Assembly (NCBI GenBank): GCA_963707505.1
Contig: CAVPQB010000003.1
Span: 512,001 to 576,000, forward strand
DNA: 64,000 nt
Direction of reading: 5' to 3'
Source of the DNA: an uncultured Gemmatimonadales bacterium
GTDB taxonomy: Bacteria; Gemmatimonadota; Gemmatimonadetes; Gemmatimonadales; Gemmatimonadaceae
In this document: one piece after another, positions 32,295-42,500 of the stretch
How the letters are laid out: each line of letters starts with the position of its first letter
Position numbering within the stretch: position 1 is the stretch's first letter
Translations under genes and position numbers: made by a program
Notes under the pieces: generated by a model
The model's input: the letters and a program-made list of their open reading frames with translations, nothing else
The model's database searches: none
What the model was told of the DNA's origin: nothing

Positions 32295-32752
32295 ACGTAA
32301 TCCAACAAGTCTTTCGTCGCGAGCCAATCCGCCCGCGCACGAAAATAAAGTATCCATATCGCCAGCACGACGTTGCGCGCGAATGCGAGAAACCAGCCCG
32401 CAACGAAGCCGACGGCAAAGCCCCACGCGAATCCGATGAGGACGCCGGCGATTGACACACTGTATCCGTAGAAATACTGCGCAAGCAGACCCAGACCAGC
32501 TGTTTGCTGTGGATCTACCACGAGATCGACGAGCGTGACAAGTGCGAAGATGAACGCAAACACGACGCCACTCGCGAGCCCCAGTGCCGCCTTGTGCAAC
32601 GGCGCGAATGCGAGGACGATCGTTTTGTTGGCACGCTGTTCGCCCGTTACCGAGAAAGGTCCGCCATGACCCTCAGGATCAGGGAGGCTCGCCTCCGTCA
32701 GGCTGAGCTCACGGTTATCGGGATGCCCATTTCGCATAATCACTGGCCTCAT
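32291..32752 (-). CDS. Small hypothetical membrane protein (paralog B)
   Basis: ATGA-coupled start MRPVIM; YFYGYSVS motif; resembles the neighbouring gene. Confidence 0.75.
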   Translation of the reverse strand: MRPVIMRNGHPDNRELSLTEASLPDPEGHGGPFSVTGEQRANKTIVLAFAPLHKAALGLASGVVFAFIFALVTLVDLVVDPQQTAGLGLLAQYFYGYSVSIAGVLIGFAWGFAVGFVAGWFLAFARNVVLAIWILYFRARADWLATKDLLDYV

Positions 32753-33792
32753 TGTAGAGCGCCGCGAAGCGACGGAGCGGAGGCCCGGCGCCACCCGGTA
32801 ATATGTACAAACATCGCCCAGACCGCTCCAGTTCCGCTGACAATATAGAAGGCCAACCGTAAAGGTATCACGGCAAGCGCGAATGAGATTCCCCTTCGCT
32901 CGGCGAACCATCGGAGCAGTGCCAGGTTTCCCAATATCACACACACGATGCAGGCCAGCGACAGTAACAACCAGCGCGGGTCGACGAGGATGGCGGCAAG
33001 TGCGAGCCCTGCCAGCGCCAGGCCGACCAGTGCGGTCAGGAGCTTCTCCGTGTGCCGTACGTTGAGCGTTCCCGGGCGCCGCGAGTTGCCACGCTCGAGC
33101 AGCAACAGCATCCATGGGACTGCGCGGTCCCTGAAATCCGTGGCAAGCATGCGCTGAAGCGTCCAGTGCTTGAGGTGCGTACCCTGAATTTCCGGGCGGA
33201 GCAGGATCCTGTCGCCATTGGCCACCAGTCTGTAGCCAAGCTCGATGTCCTCGATCTGCGGGCGCGGAAATCTCTGCTCGTCGAACATGCCGGCGGCGAC
33301 GAATGCGGATCGGCGCACCGCACCGCATCCAGCCCAGAACGTTTCCGCGTCGCCGTGATTGGTAAGATGAACGTAATGGTGCAGCAGATTGCGATACTGA
33401 GACACCAGCCCCGCCGCGCGCGGCTCGGCGTCGTATGCACCAAACACCGCGGCGATACGCTCATCGGTACCAAATGCATTGACGAACTGAATCAGTACGT
33501 CGGGCCGCACGCAGACATCTGCGTCGATGAATACGAGGAACACACCGTGCGCGACCTCCGCGCCGCGGTTTCTGGCGGCCGCAGGTCCGAGTGGTCCGCC
33601 TGGAAGACGCAACACACGATCTGCGAAAGCAGCAGCGGTCGCCGCCGTTTCGTCGGTACTGCCATCGTCCACCACTATCAGTTCCCACTGCTCGCGCGGC
33701 AGTGTACTCGCCATGAGGGCGGACAACGACTCACGCAGCATGCCTGCGCAATCGCGCGCTGGGACGATCACAGAGCAAATCAACGAGCTCAC
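32749..33792 (-). CDS. GT2 glycosyltransferase with C-terminal TM helices
   Basis: SVIVPARD, IVVDDGSTD, GPAAARNRG, FIDAD, IEDIELGYRL; GTGA-coupled start. Confidence 0.9.
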   Translation of the reverse strand: MSSLICSVIVPARDCAGMLRESLSALMASTLPREQWELIVVDDGSTDETAATAAAFADRVLRLPGGPLGPAAARNRGAEVAHGVFLVFIDADVCVRPDVLIQFVNAFGTDERIAAVFGAYDAEPRAAGLVSQYRNLLHHYVHLTNHGDAETFWAGCGAVRRSAFVAAGMFDEQRFPRPQIEDIELGYRLVANGDRILLRPEIQGTHLKHWTLQRMLATDFRDRAVPWMLLLLERGNSRRPGTLNVRHTEKLLTALVGLALAGLALAAILVDPRWLLLSLACIVCVILGNLALLRWFAERRGISFALAVIPLRLAFYIVSGTGAVWAMFVHITGWRRASAPSLRGALQ

Positions 33793-34551
33793 GCGACCTT
33801 CCCCGCACTTTGCATCGTCTCCCGAATACGGCTTCGCAAGCGACGTGCGAGCGCGCGCCGACGGACGAACCGGCTGAACGCCGGTGATCCCCACGACTCG
33901 AGACTCCCCGGCTTCCTGAGATAGTAAGCGTCCAGACGAGGGAGCTGCACCGGATCCTCGCTGGCCGAAAGCACGCGCAGATCCGTGGTGCAAGCGTAGG
34001 CATAGTGGGCCCGGACGCACTGGGCCGCGGCGGGAGTCACATCACCGAACGGATACGCAAATGTTGCGGGGCGCATTCCGACGTGCCGGTAAATATCCTC
34101 GGAGGAGCCTGCAATCTCGTCCGTCATCCGTGCAGTGCCAATGGCGCCGAGTCGCGGATGCGAGCGTGTGTGAGCACCGATCGCCACGCCGTCACGAGCA
34201 AGTGCGCCGATCGCGTCCCAATCGAGCAGATCCAGTGTCGGAATGTGCGGATGTGTTACGCCACCCCACGCGTTGGTGCCGCCGGCACAGCCGGATACAA
34301 CGAAGAGCGTCGATGGGAGATCGTGTTCCGCGAGCAACGGGGCTGCGCACAGACGCAAAGTTGAGAAATGCGTCGTCGAATGTAATCGCAACCGCGTCGC
34401 CGTCGGCAGCGTCGTCCGGTAGTCGCTCGAGCGGCACCACACGCACGCGGCCAGACGCAAGCCACCGAACATGGCGCGCGAACGTCTCCGGATCGAGCGA
34501 GATCGGCGATCCGCTGCGATCCAACGAGTGATACATGATCACCGCCTTCAC
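33789..34551 (-). CDS. Polysaccharide deacetylase (CE4/NodB fold); frameshift at ~34347
   Basis: IMYHSL and ITFDDA in one frame; IGAHTRSHP, FAYPFG and LPRLD in the next. Confidence 0.85.
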
Positions 34552-35723
34552 GCCGCCGCCTCTCGCAATGCAGACAGCGTGACGTCGGCCGCGGAATCCC
34601 AGCTGAGACGAGCTGCACACTCTCTCGCATGGGTGCCACGCGTAACGCGATCGTTCTCGTCTGTCATCAACGCGATCATGGCCCGTGCGGTAGCCTGTTC
34701 GTCGCGCGGCTTCACGAAATAGCCACCATCTTTCAGTAATTCCGGAAGCGGGCTCGCAGTCGTTGCGATTACCGGCGTTCCACATGCGGCAGCTTCGATC
34801 GCGGGGAGGCCAAACCCTTCGCTCTCGGACGGCAGCAGCAACGCGATCGCGCCCGACAAAAGGTGACGCAGCTCGTCGTCCGGGATGAAGCCAGTCCATT
34901 CGACGAGTTCTGTCGTGCCACACTGACGAATGGCGTCGACGATGCGCGAGCCTGCACCATGAAAAACGTCCGAGTCGCGCGTGCCGACAAGCAGGAGACG
35001 CGGCGGATGATCGGCGCCGCGAATTGCGGCGGCGTGCGCTTTCACGATCACATCAACATGCTTGTGAGGATTGAATCCGCCGACGTAGACAAACCAGCGC
35101 TCGCCCTCGCGTACGCCGTACTTTCGCGCCACCGCGTCGATATCTGCGGCACACTCGCTGGGCGTGTAAACGGAGGACGGCGCCTCGGTTGCGACTCTGA
35201 TACGGTCGCGAGAAAGTCCATGTACAGCGACGATCTCGCTCGCGGCGAACTCGGACACGGTAAGCACCAGTTTCGCCTGGATCAGCGCCAGCCGGGTCTT
35301 GAGATTCCAGAACAGGCGAGCGCGGCGCGATGGAAGAGTCATCTCGGGGAAACGCTCGGCGATTGCGTCGTGCAGAGTGACCACCGCTGCGAGACGCGGC
35401 GGAAGCGGAAAATAGGTGTAGACAGATGGCGAGAAAAAAACGTCCAGCTTCGCGCGCCACACCGCACGCGTGAAACGCAGCATGTCGCCGGGAGATCGCG
35501 AGCTGTCCGCGGCGGCGGCGATCGTTGGTGAGACGCGTTGCGGTACGAGTGCAAGACGTGCATTCGCTGTCGTACCGGTCCATGCAGCCGCGGCGCGATC
35601 ATCCACGAACAGCACGAACTCGTCTGCTGGTGACCGGGCAGCCATTGCGGCGATCAGCTCCCGCGCAAATCTGCCGTAGCCGCGTCCGTTGGCGATACAC
35701 GTCGCGTCCACACCTATCCTCAC
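34548..35723 (-). CDS. GT4 glycosyltransferase
   Basis: GYGRF, VTLHD, LTVSEF, HKHV, EGFGLPAIEAAACGTPVI. Confidence 0.92.
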   Translation of the reverse strand: MRIGVDATCIANGRGYGRFARELIAAMAARSPADEFVLFVDDRAAAAWTGTTANARLALVPQRVSPTIAAAADSSRSPGDMLRFTRAVWRAKLDVFFSPSVYTYFPLPPRLAAVVTLHDAIAERFPEMTLPSRRARLFWNLKTRLALIQAKLVLTVSEFAASEIVAVHGLSRDRIRVATEAPSSVYTPSECAADIDAVARKYGVREGERWFVYVGGFNPHKHVDVIVKAHAAAIRGADHPPRLLLVGTRDSDVFHGAGSRIVDAIRQCGTTELVEWTGFIPDDELRHLLSGAIALLLPSESEGFGLPAIEAAACGTPVIATTASPLPELLKDGGYFVKPRDEQATARAMIALMTDENDRVTRGTHARECAARLSWDSAADVTLSALREAAA

Positions 35724-37267
35724 GCGCTGGCAGGCAGCTTGTCTCCGTCGCGACTATCGCTCAATTCGGAGCTGGCTATCTCGAGCTTCTGTTCCTCGTG
35801 ATAATCGAGATCGGTATTCACGGACCATACGTCGTGATTCGCACCGTACATGTTTGCAACGGTGAGCATCGCGGTGTACATCGAATGATCCTGGTTGTTG
35901 TACTTGTGCATGCCGTTGCGTCCCACCATGTGAAGGTTGGAAATCGCATCGGTAAATTCGCGTACTGCGTCGAGGTGGGTGCGATACGCTGAATTGTAAA
36001 TCGGATACGCCTTTGGCACGCGCACGACGGTGCCGTCGACTACGGTTGACGCCCTGGCAAGGCCCAGCTGCTCGAGCTCTTTGGTTGCGAGCGCGATGAG
36101 ATCCTCATCGCTGCTGTTCCAGAGCCCGTCGCCCTTGAAGCAGAAATATTCGAATCCGAGGCACGTGCGTCCCGGCTCGGGAACCATGTCGCGGCTCCAG
36201 TTGTTGAAATTCTGGATGCGACCGACTTTAACGCCGGGTGTGTGGATGTATATCCAGTTATCCGGGAAGACATTCTCCCCTTTCAGTATCAACGCCACGA
36301 CCAGAAAATCGCGATATGCCAGTCCTTCCGCCCCTTCGCGGGCTGAAGCCGGTGCCGCGTCGCCCATGGATCGCACAAGCGAGCGCACAGGCAGTGTCGA
36401 GATGAAATGTCTGCCAGCGATTCTGATCTCGCCGCCGGGTGTCTGAACACGTGCAGCGGTAACGCGACCGTTGCTGTATTCCAACCCGCTCACATGATGG
36501 CGCATGAGCACCTTGCCGCCCATCTCTCGGATGCGGTCGCGACACGCTTCCCACATCTGACCGGGGCCGAGCCGTGGGTACTTGAACGTATGAATGAGAG
36601 TCTTTATCGAGGCCGACCTGCGATTGAGCGACGTCGCGGATAGCACGGCCGCTGCAAGCGACAAGCCCTGAATGCGCTGCGCGGCCCATTCCGCACGAAT
36701 CTCGGTGCACGGGATTCCCCAGACTTTTTCCGTGTACGTCTTGAAGAAGAGCTCGTACAGCCGGCGTCCGAATCGATTACAGACCCATTCCTCGAACGTA
36801 TCCTCTACGGGATATGGATGCAGCCTGGCGTCGACGTAACTGGCGACGATGCGTACCGCATTCACGATGCCGAGTCCGCTGAGCGCATTGCGTGCCTGCA
36901 GCGGATAGTTGAAGTACTTGCCGCCGTAGTGGATTCGCGACAGTCTCGGGACATCGATGAACTGGTCGCCGAGCAACTCCTCCCAGAGCTCCTGGACCGG
37001 AGTGATCTTCGTGAAGAACCGATGGCCACCGATGTCGAAGCGGTATCCCTTGTACTGCGCAGTCTGGGAGATTCCGCCTACCGTGTCGCTGGATTCAAGG
37101 ACAGTTACGGACACACCGCGTTTGGCGAGCAGGTACGCAGCCGTAAGGCCGGCTGGCCCCGCACCGCAAACGATGACGTTGTCACCTGCCCGCAAGCGGT
37201 CAACACGGCGCGCGCGGGACGTTCGCTCGTCTCCTTCCATCAGTTCCATAACTGGTGCGGTGGTCAA
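35720..37267 (-). CDS. FAD-dependent oxidoreductase, UDP-galactopyranose mutase/protoporphyrinogen oxidase-like #1
   Basis: GAGPAGL, FDIGGHRFF, YTEKVWG, AYPIY, GRNGMHKYNNQDHSM. Confidence 0.85.
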   Translation of the reverse strand: MTTAPVMELMEGDERTSRARRVDRLRAGDNVIVCGAGPAGLTAAYLLAKRGVSVTVLESSDTVGGISQTAQYKGYRFDIGGHRFFTKITPVQELWEELLGDQFIDVPRLSRIHYGGKYFNYPLQARNALSGLGIVNAVRIVASYVDARLHPYPVEDTFEEWVCNRFGRRLYELFFKTYTEKVWGIPCTEIRAEWAAQRIQGLSLAAAVLSATSLNRRSASIKTLIHTFKYPRLGPGQMWEACRDRIREMGGKVLMRHHVSGLEYSNGRVTAARVQTPGGEIRIAGRHFISTLPVRSLVRSMGDAAPASAREGAEGLAYRDFLVVALILKGENVFPDNWIYIHTPGVKVGRIQNFNNWSRDMVPEPGRTCLGFEYFCFKGDGLWNSSDEDLIALATKELEQLGLARASTVVDGTVVRVPKAYPIYNSAYRTHLDAVREFTDAISNLHMVGRNGMHKYNNQDHSMYTAMLTVANMYGANHDVWSVNTDLDYHEEQKLEIASSELSDSRDGDKLPASA

Positions 37268-37526
37268 TGCACACGACCGGCAAGCGTGAACATCGCGGAA
37301 AGGTGCGCTACCCGAAGGTGTCCGTGGCGCGGATATCCCGCACCAACCGTACCGCCGAGGCGCTTTCTATCTTCAGCGAGTCAGATTGGCGTAAGTGCTT
37401 GGCATACAATACTAACCATCTGTTTACATCATGGTAAGCGCATCGATGGACGTACCTGACGGAATCAAACTGCTGCGCGGGCACCACATTCTGCCATGCG
37501 GCGCTACAAACTGGATGGCAGGCAAG

Positions 37527-38642
37527 CTAGGTCGGAATTACGCCCATCTGGAGACTTCCGAGATCGCGAACCGCGTCGCTGTCGAGTGCGATACGCTGGC
37601 CGGAATCCGCGGAAAGATAGGTAGCGGCGATCACCTCGAGGACATCGACGCCCGCCTGCCCGTCGGCTGGGAGATCGCCACCATCGCGGAACGCCAGAAG
37701 CGACCGCCGTATCAGTTGCCGGGTTGCCAGCATCGCTGGATCCTTGGGATTGCGCGCCAACATCGTGCGCACATGGCCGACTTCGCGCCAGGCCAGCCCG
37801 GACACGCCGTACTCCAGCCGCACATGCGGTCTGGTGCTTCGATGGAGGCCGGCCGAAACACGGGCGCGGCCACCGAACGAGGCGCGCAGGGATGAATCCC
37901 GAGTCTCCGCCCTCAGCTCAAAGTACTGCGTTTCTCCCTTGCACAGCCGGTCCTGAACTATCTGCGCCAACCGGCCGCGACTGAACTCGAGCGTGACAAG
38001 GGCGACCGCATCCGAATCGCTATCACGGACTCCACAGGTGGACGTCGATGCCGAAACGGAGACGGGACGCTCGCCGAACAGCGCCATCAGGAAATCCACA
38101 AGATGGATGCCAGCTTCGTACAGCGTACGTTGCAACATCTGGCCGCGCCATCCCGGCTCGGCCCACGGCGGCAGGTCCATCAACTGCCACGCCTGCGCGA
38201 ACACCACGCCTCCGGGCGCAGCATCCGCGGCATCGCGAACCGCGCGAAATATGTCCATTTCACGAAACTCATGATTCAGTGCGACGCGCTTTCCGGTTGC
38301 GGCCGACGCGGCGAGTATACTGTTCGCTTCGTCGATACTGGAGGCGAATGGCTTTTCGCAGATCACGTGGGCACCAGACTCGAGCGCAAGTATGCAGTGA
38401 TCGACGTGGCTCGCTGGTGGCGTACCGACGATGACCACATCGGGGCTCGTCTGCGAAATCACATCTTCGATCGACTGGAAGACCGGCACTTTCCAACTCG
38501 ATGCGGCGCGGTCTCGGCGCGCCGCATCGACATCGCACGCACCGACGACTGTCGCGATGTCCGGCAAGCCAGCGAGCGCCGGCAGGTGAAGCGTGTGTCC
38601 AGCGTTACCCAGCCCAATGACTGCGACTTTGAGTGGAGGCAT
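37527..38642 (-). CDS. Gfo/Idh/MocA family oxidoreductase
   Basis: VIGLGNAG, TPPASH, ICEKP, EAGIHLVD. Confidence 0.9.
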   Translation of the reverse strand: MPPLKVAVIGLGNAGHTLHLPALAGLPDIATVVGACDVDAARRDRAASSWKVPVFQSIEDVISQTSPDVVIVGTPPASHVDHCILALESGAHVICEKPFASSIDEANSILAASAATGKRVALNHEFREMDIFRAVRDAADAAPGGVVFAQAWQLMDLPPWAEPGWRGQMLQRTLYEAGIHLVDFLMALFGERPVSVSASTSTCGVRDSDSDAVALVTLEFSRGRLAQIVQDRLCKGETQYFELRAETRDSSLRASFGGRARVSAGLHRSTRPHVRLEYGVSGLAWREVGHVRTMLARNPKDPAMLATRQLIRRSLLAFRDGGDLPADGQAGVDVLEVIAATYLSADSGQRIALDSDAVRDLGSLQMGVIPT

Positions 38643-38733
38643 TCGTTCTCCGTGTTGATGCGGTGTGTACGCGTGCCAAGGTGAACATTCCCGGGCAGCA
38701 CATCCGCGGCGTGCGGCAAGCCGTGGGAATCTA

Positions 38734-39492
38734 TCAGGCGCGGCACAATCCGACGATGCTGCGACCCAACGGCAGACGCCAACCAGCCAGAACGGCACGC
38801 CCTTCGAGGTTGAGCCACGCGCGCTTGAGTGAGTCTGCGCGACCGGGGGCACTGGGCTGTGGCGCAAGGATCCCGGCGTCGCTGCGTCGCCGTGCCCGTA
38901 ACTCGCGCGGGATTTCGGCAAGGCCCAGCACAGCATTGACACGACCCATGCGCACAATCTCAAAGCCGGCAGCAACCAGCTTCTGACGCAGATCGGGCGG
39001 GTCGTACTTGCGGTAGCTCGACGTCATGTCGTCAGCTTTTCGGGGGAAGCTCTGTGCATTCGTGCGAAACAGAAGATAGCCGCCGGGTTTTAACACTCGC
39101 AGCATTTCGCGTAATGCCGCGCTATCTCCGCCGTCCACAGGCAGATGATGCAGGACGTCGAGCGTGATGATCAGATCGGTGCTGGCCCGCGCGAGTGGAA
39201 TGTTCGTCGCCGATGCGAGGACCAGGTCGATGTGCTCACCTCGCGCATCGGACAAGGCATCCTGGCTTATATCGAGTCCAACGGTAGTCCAGCCTGGGTG
39301 TGTCTGCTGCACCCATGCCAGCGTCTGACCGGAGCCGCACCCCACGTCGAGTACTGTGCAATTGTCGCCGAGCGCGGCCAGTTCGAGCAGGCGCGCAGCG
39401 ACGTCGCGCATGCCGGCATTCCACCACGATTGCGCCTCGAGAGCGCGCATTCGCGCGAAATATTCGGGCGTGCGCGGCTGCGGAGATCCCAT
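38734..39492 (-). CDS. Class I SAM-dependent methyltransferase
   Basis: VLDVGCGSG, GLDIS, LDVLHH, RVLKPGG. Confidence 0.9.
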   Translation of the reverse strand: MGSPQPRTPEYFARMRALEAQSWWNAGMRDVAARLLELAALGDNCTVLDVGCGSGQTLAWVQQTHPGWTTVGLDISQDALSDARGEHIDLVLASATNIPLARASTDLIITLDVLHHLPVDGGDSAALREMLRVLKPGGYLLFRTNAQSFPRKADDMTSSYRKYDPPDLRQKLVAAGFEIVRMGRVNAVLGLAEIPRELRARRRSDAGILAPQPSAPGRADSLKRAWLNLEGRAVLAGWRLPLGRSIVGLCRA

Positions 39493-39500
39493 CTGGAGTT

Positions 39501-40184
39501 CTATCGGTTCGATGAGAATTTGTACAGCACTCGCTCAGCGGCTTGCAGGACTCGTACGGCGATCGGAAAACTACGCGGCTGTACGGTTCTGACCTTCACT
39601 GTTCGAACGCCGAGACTGTTCGCGGGAGCAACATCGGTAAGATACTGATCGCCGACCATTACGGCGTGGGTTGGCGAGCTGCATCCGAGCTCGGCGAGTG
39701 CAGCGCGCACCAGCGACACGTTGGGCTTGCGCAGCGCCGGCGCCGCTGGTTGGTGTATGACGCCATCGTCGCTGGCGCACGAGTCGCTGGATCCTATCCG
39801 GCGGCGAACGATCAATCCGTCGGGGCTGTCGTAAACACGAATCAGGGGAATTCCTGGAAATATCGCGGACAGTTCGATGAATCGACGTTCGTCGGAATTC
39901 GACAGAATCACGTGGCGCAACTCGGGCACAGCGAGGAGGCGTGCAAAAGCCGGCTCGAGATCCGGGGCGACGGCGGCGCCGTGTCGCGCCATCAGAGTGC
40001 CGTCGACGTCCCAGATAATACCGGTGATCACCGCACTGGCGCCCAGAGTGCGTATCGTCACCGGGTCCAGGTCAGCTACGCTGGCGAGGTGGATGGTGGG
40101 ACGCATATGTCGGACGAGCGTCCCCAGCCGCGGAACGCCCTGCACGACCGTCGAGAACCAGTCGCCCCGCCGCAAAATTTGCAT
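39501..40184 (-). CDS. HAD-superfamily phosphatase, YqeG-like (IIIA)
   Basis: WDVDGTL, ILSN, RKP, MVGDQYLTDV. Confidence 0.85.
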   Translation of the reverse strand: MQILRRGDWFSTVVQGVPRLGTLVRHMRPTIHLASVADLDPVTIRTLGASAVITGIIWDVDGTLMARHGAAVAPDLEPAFARLLAVPELRHVILSNSDERRFIELSAIFPGIPLIRVYDSPDGLIVRRRIGSSDSCASDDGVIHQPAAPALRKPNVSLVRAALAELGCSSPTHAVMVGDQYLTDVAPANSLGVRTVKVRTVQPRSFPIAVRVLQAAERVLYKFSSNR

Positions 40185-40355
40185 TCAGAAATGTCGTTCC
40201 GAGGCGAGTTGCCGGCCAGTCGTCGATGTGTCCCGGCAAATCCGCCCGTACGGGCTGCGGGGTCGATCGGTGATCGGGCCTGGTGTCCGCCGCACGACGG
40301 GCCGGCAGGACTTTCCCCTTGCCCGTGTGGTTTGCGCGCCCGTATACTCTCCGCG

Positions 40356-42500
40356 ATGCCTGAGACGCGCGGTCCTGCTGTGGAGCAGCACACCCTGGCC
40401 TGGCAGCGGATGTCACGCTCCGGGGTCGGTGCGCCAGCGGCCACCCTGGTGAGCTCACGACGCGGACTCATCTGGATGCTGGTCACTGTGGCCGTCGCCG
40501 GCCTTGTGGTGGCAGTCGGCCGATCTGCGATACAATCGGCGGCATCCATGTACAACCTGGCCGACGGTGCCAATCCATTCTGGCTGCCGTCACACGCATG
40601 GCTATTGTATGTCTCCGTGCCGGCCGTCGTGATCGGCTCGCTGCTCGTCTTCATAGCGCCGGGATTATTTCTGGCCTCCGCGCTCGGCGCGACGCGATCG
40701 TGGAGCTGGTGGATATTATGCGGCGTTGCACTCAGTATTGTCGTGTTGAGCGCAGCTGCTGCTGCCATCCAAGGGATTGCCGGAACGCCGCTGACCGGAG
40801 GACGTTTTCTCCTCGTCGTGTTCGGATGCAATGCAGGCGCGGCTGCGGTCGCCTGGTCGTGCGTGATGCGCACGGGCAAGCCGGCACTGCCACAATTCGC
40901 TGGCCGCAATGCGCTGGAAGGTGCAGCCGCACTGTCTGTAATTCTCGTAGTCATGTTTCCCAAGTTCATGTGGGAGAACTTGAACGGCGACGGCGCTGAT
41001 GCGCTCGAAGTGGCACGGCTGCTACTCCACCACGCGATGCCATTCTGGCCCAGTGGCGCGGGAATCGTCGGCGCGTTCCCGGGAGTTACGTCGATGCTTT
41101 TCGCGTACCCGGCGTCGTGGTTCGTGCGCGCCTTTGGCACACTGGAATTTTCGGCGCGTGCACCTCTGCTACTCGCACTCCTCGCCACTCATGCCGGGAT
41201 CGTCGCACTCGCTGAGGTTCGGGACAGAGGCGCCGACGCCGCACGTCGGACGCTCAGCAGTAGTGAGCGATTGCTGATTTGGACAGCATTGCTTGTCTGC
41301 ACGATAGTGTTGGCCTACAGCGCCACATACAGCGCATACTCTGCCGATATTGCGATGCCAGGTGCGCACGATACGCTGCTCGCCGCACTCTTCCTGGCAA
41401 CGATCGTTGCAGCTGCGTCGGACGAGATCGGCTGGATGGTGCTGTTCGGGCTACTGTCGTACTTCACGCTGCCGAACGGACTGCTGCTGCTCGGAATGCT
41501 TTGGATCGCCGCACTGCTCGTCTATCGACCGGTCCCGCGCCGGATGGTCATTGCACTCGGCGCTCTGATAATTTCATGTATCGCGCTGGGTACGTTGGTG
41601 CCGCACCTTCTGCAGAGTCTCGGCTCGCCGGTTCCGGGCGAGGAGTACGGCAGCGACCTGCTGTTGAATCGCGTGCTGATGGTGCAGTTCAGCGACTGGC
41701 GTCGGATTCTGTATGTACTCGTTCCCTGCGGGATTGCGCCGGCGGCCGCGATATTTCTCTGGAAACGCCAGGATTCACTCGGCCGTGTGATCGCGCTGCT
41801 CATTGTCGGTTACTTTGCGTTCACGTACGTGCAGGCGTATTCGAAACTGCATTACTATCTGCCAGTGATGCTGTTACCGATTGCGCTGTACTGGCGAGTT
41901 GCTCCGAGCGAGCGCAGGCAGCGCAACGATTGGCGCATCGCTGCACTCGCCGGCCTCGCGGGTGCGGTGATTCTGGCGTTGCCGAGGCGCGCGGCACCCG
42001 TGACGTGGGCCCGTCGGATCGCCTCGGAGATCCAGATTCGCGTTCCGGGGTATGACGTATCTGCACCCGAGGAATTCAGAGCGTCGGACACACTGGTCCT
42101 GCTGTTTCCGATGTCCTGGGATCGGCATGTGCCCGAAACGCTTGGCGACTCACCCCTGGTCTGGAACTACTATCTGCAGCACGATCTGGGACTTCCATCG
42201 GAGCGAACGAATTATGTGGTACAGCCCGTCAGCATGCAGTTGCCCGCGGGGTTCCACACGATCGGACAGCACGACGGTTATACCGTGCTCGTCAGGAGTG
42301 ATTCGTTGCTCGCGAAAGACCGTTCGCAGAAATTACCGATCAATCCAGGAAGCCCGCTGTTTCTAATTCGGCGAGACGTCCTGTTCGACTATGCTACAAC
42401 GAGCAACGGAGCGCCGATACACGACATCGTCGACGCGTTGGGTCGCCGCGGCATTGATTTACGCAAATTTCGGCACCATCACGAGTCCGGACCCAGGTGA
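40356..42500 (+). CDS. Large multi-pass membrane protein, possible GT-C (start uncertain)
   Basis: More than 12 hydrophobic helices; loop ENLNGDGADALE; FGTLEFSARAP resembles the G..E...R.P motif of PMT-like enzymes; soluble C-terminal domain. Confidence 0.6.
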   Translation: MPETRGPAVEQHTLAWQRMSRSGVGAPAATLVSSRRGLIWMLVTVAVAGLVVAVGRSAIQSAASMYNLADGANPFWLPSHAWLLYVSVPAVVIGSLLVFIAPGLFLASALGATRSWSWWILCGVALSIVVLSAAAAAIQGIAGTPLTGGRFLLVVFGCNAGAAAVAWSCVMRTGKPALPQFAGRNALEGAAALSVILVVMFPKFMWENLNGDGADALEVARLLLHHAMPFWPSGAGIVGAFPGVTSMLFAYPASWFVRAFGTLEFSARAPLLLALLATHAGIVALAEVRDRGADAARRTLSSSERLLIWTALLVCTIVLAYSATYSAYSADIAMPGAHDTLLAALFLATIVAAASDEIGWMVLFGLLSYFTLPNGLLLLGMLWIAALLVYRPVPRRMVIALGALIISCIALGTLVPHLLQSLGSPVPGEEYGSDLLLNRVLMVQFSDWRRILYVLVPCGIAPAAAIFLWKRQDSLGRVIALLIVGYFAFTYVQAYSKLHYYLPVMLLPIALYWRVAPSERRQRNDWRIAALAGLAGAVILALPRRAAPVTWARRIASEIQIRVPGYDVSAPEEFRASDTLVLLFPMSWDRHVPETLGDSPLVWNYYLQHDLGLPSERTNYVVQPVSMQLPAGFHTIGQHDGYTVLVRSDSLLAKDRSQKLPINPGSPLFLIRRDVLFDYATTSNGAPIHDIVDALGRRGIDLRKFRHHHESGPR

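Noticed and set aside
37268..37526. Sigma54 promoter or riboswitch in this gap (also 59110-59300)
   Set aside because: Candidate GG...GC spacings do not fit GG-N10-GC, and I recognised no riboswitch consensus.
39543..40355. N-terminal 271 aa of the 985-aa ORF
   Set aside because: It lies antisense to the HAD phosphatase and has no recognisable features; the real start is probably at or after 40356.
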